The notes below the pieces were generated by a model. The model was not told the DNA's origin. It saw nothing but the letters and a program-made list of their open reading frames with translations, and did no database searches. Source: Podarcis muralis (lineage: Eukaryota). From it: DNA of 64,000 nt. Where the stretch lies: positions 47,554,001 to 47,618,000 of the forward strand of contig NC_135664.1 of NCBI RefSeq assembly GCF_964188315.1, in the 5' to 3' direction. Positions 61,798 to 64,000 of the stretch are shown piece after piece (position 1 is the first letter of the stretch; every line of letters begins with the position of its first letter). Position numbers and translations under genes: made by a program.

Positions 61798-62392
61798 GTA
61801 TGTATATGACATGCATCCTGAGAACTGTATGTTCTGTTTCCAAAAACTTGTAATTTGCTTTTAAAATAATAACTAATATAAATATTTCTGCATCAAGGTT
61901 AATCTATTTTAAGGATGAAGGCCTGAAAGTCTATTAGTTTTACAAATGAAAAAAACTGCCACTAATTATGATTACTATTTTAATGTTATTTATAATTTCC
62001 AGATCTAACTTAACTTAGGGTACAATCCTAAGACCACCCCTCCAATGTTGTTGCCTGGGAGAGGTTAGGATGGTGTATATTCACCTCCCTGCCAAAGGAA
62101 AGGAGTGCTGCTGAGATGGGGAGGAATGTGCCACAGCTGAGGCTTCTGGTATGCCCATGCAGGCAGGAGGCTACTACCAACAGAGTTGGGGTAGAGTGCT
62201 GGAGGCTTAGGACCTGCACGACTCAAGGGTCTGCAGATCTCCCAAGGGATCATATCACTGGGTTCCTCAGCTAGTACAGGGGGGGACGGGAAGATGAAGA
62301 GAAAACAACACCCTCAATCTCGTTCCTCAACAGCTAGAACAAAATTGACCTTTTCCCAGTTTTCTAGGCTCTCTGCTTCAGCTAATGGAGGA

Positions 62393-62516
62393 TAGGGTTG
62401 CCATATTTCAAGAAGTAAAAGCCAAGACACCCCAAAAGTTGTTGAGGTTTTTTTACACAAGACCCAGGACAAAGCACCAGGAATGTCCAGGAAAATCCGG
62501 ATGTATGGCAGCCCTA
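62393..62516. mobile_element. hAT-like MITE
   Basis: TIR tagggttgccata versus tatggcagcccta; TSD atggagga versus acggcgga (6/8); related sequence at about 29865-30090. Confidence 0.7.
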
Positions 62517-62783
62517 ACGGCGGAGTCATTAACCAGTGAACTCTGCTATGCTCTATGGAAAGGGAAGTTCCTCCACTTTCTTGGAACTTCCTTCCACGTT
62601 GTGTGCTTTTGATCATGCCTTTGGGGGCTTGTCAAGAACAGAAATTACTTGGGATACTTCTAAGTAGTCTTGAGGATTTACACTGGCCTTACTATAAAGC
62701 TGATAGTGATTATCAATAATGAAAAATTCCAGGTATTAAAATGGCATGTAGTAGGGCTTAAATTTATTCACTCCTTTTTATAG

Positions 62784-62856
62784 TAACAGCCCAGCTTCCT
62801 GGAACGGATGGCTATACTGGTGGGAAGATTATTTTCATTGACACAGAAAACACCTT
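62784..62856 (+). CDS. DMC1: DMC1 coding exon 7 (ends at a U12-type donor)
   Basis: 73 nt, TAQLPGTDGYTGGKIIFIDTENT(F), followed by GTATCCTTT. Confidence 0.97.
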
Positions 62857-63138
62857 GTATCCTTTCTTTTGAGATATTACAGCTTTAACAGAATAAATTG
62901 GAAGATTTTCCTAATGGTGACAATAAAAAAAAAAATGTTTTGTGGTGCTAAGAAGATTTGAAGAGCCATTTATATGAAACTTGAGTTTTATGGGTGGGTG
63001 TATAAAGAATACCATTCATTTATTTAACTGTAGTGCATGAAGAACTGCTGAGAAGAATTTTTGCTTGTATGGGAATTCAGCTACCACATCTCAGAAACTG
63101 AATTAGAAACTAGATACCTTAACTAGGAAACACCCCAG

Positions 63139-63230
63139 CCGTCCAGACCGTCTTCGTGATATTGCTGATCGCTTCAATGCAGACCATGATGCAGTTCTTG
63201 ACAATGTATTATATGCACGGGCATATACAA
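63139..63230 (+). CDS. DMC1: DMC1 coding exon 8 (gene continues beyond the right edge)
   Basis: 92 nt, RPDRLRDIADRFNADHDAVLDNVLYARAYT, donor CAA|gtaaga. Confidence 0.97.
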
Positions 63231-64000
63231 GTAAGATTCCAACTGAAGATTGCATGGAAATCCTCCCCACTTTAAGATTAAACAATTCTCAGCTCAGTAC
63301 CAAGGGGCCATCAGGAATATTATGAATTACCATTTTAAAATATGAACTCTGTATTTTTGTTGTTGTGGTCCTTATGCAATCCTGTAGTGTATATGATTAT
63401 TTTACCTAATTTACATCGGGTAAAAGTAGGTTTCAGCAGAACAAATTTAAGTCTGGGGTATAAAGCTTACCTGCACTGGGATGAGCCCACAGGGCTTATC
63501 CACATGTACCTTTCCTGTGTTTTCCATGCACAGTCCATGCTTTAAGGTCTGTGGCCCAAATAATATTTTTTTTTTTGCTCTGGAGCTCTCCCTGCAAAAA
63601 CCTGTGCTTTACTGCTGATTCAGAGCAAACAGCAATGATAACAAGTGGCATAATTATATGTTCCCTTAGCACCTACCAAGCTCTGGATAGTTACCTTAGC
63701 CTAAAGCAGAAAACGTAGCAGTTATCTCAAGGAAAAAAATGCAGAAGACAGTCCACAGTAGCATTGCTCAAAGTCAACTAAAGCTGTAAATGTGAGGTTG
63801 ATTTCCACTGCTTCTTCAACAAACAATTGTGTGGAAAGCTATTTTTGGATGTGCAAAAGTCACTTCAAGTGCTTCAGTATAGCATAATATTTTTAAAAAT
63901 CTTAAACGTTTTGTGGATGGAACCTTATCCATGATATTATTACATGAGATGAAAGATACAATATATTTTTGTTGGTGGAAAACTATGCTTCTGCCAAATC

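Overview
64 kb of squamate genomic DNA (probably a lacertid lizard, inferred from Sauria SINEs and a Bov-B fragment). It carries the conserved vertebrate block GTPBP1(-), JOSD1(+), TOMM22(-), CBY1(-), FAM227A(+), DMC1(+). All exons were rebuilt by hand from splice signals, reading phase and remembered human orthologue sequences; no database search was run. GTPBP1: first two coding exons, running off the left edge. JOSD1: complete, 202 aa. TOMM22: complete, 138 aa. CBY1: complete, 126 aa. FAM227A: 15 coding exons, 1623 nt, 540 aa. DMC1: first eight coding exons, running off the right edge. Four CpG-island promoters are present, and the introns hold eight Sauria SINEs with target-site duplications, Tc1/mariner-type and hAT MITEs, LINE fragments (Bov-B, L2, CR1) and a probable solo LTR. 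Best-supported unusual result: three minor-spliceosome (U12-type) introns in two neighbouring genes, namely one GT-AG and one AT-AC intron in FAM227A and one GT-AG intron in DMC1. Most speculative lead: a phase-compatible three-exon minus-strand ORF (about 169 aa, unrecognised) between FAM227A and DMC1. No CRISPR array, rRNA or genuine tRNA gene was seen.
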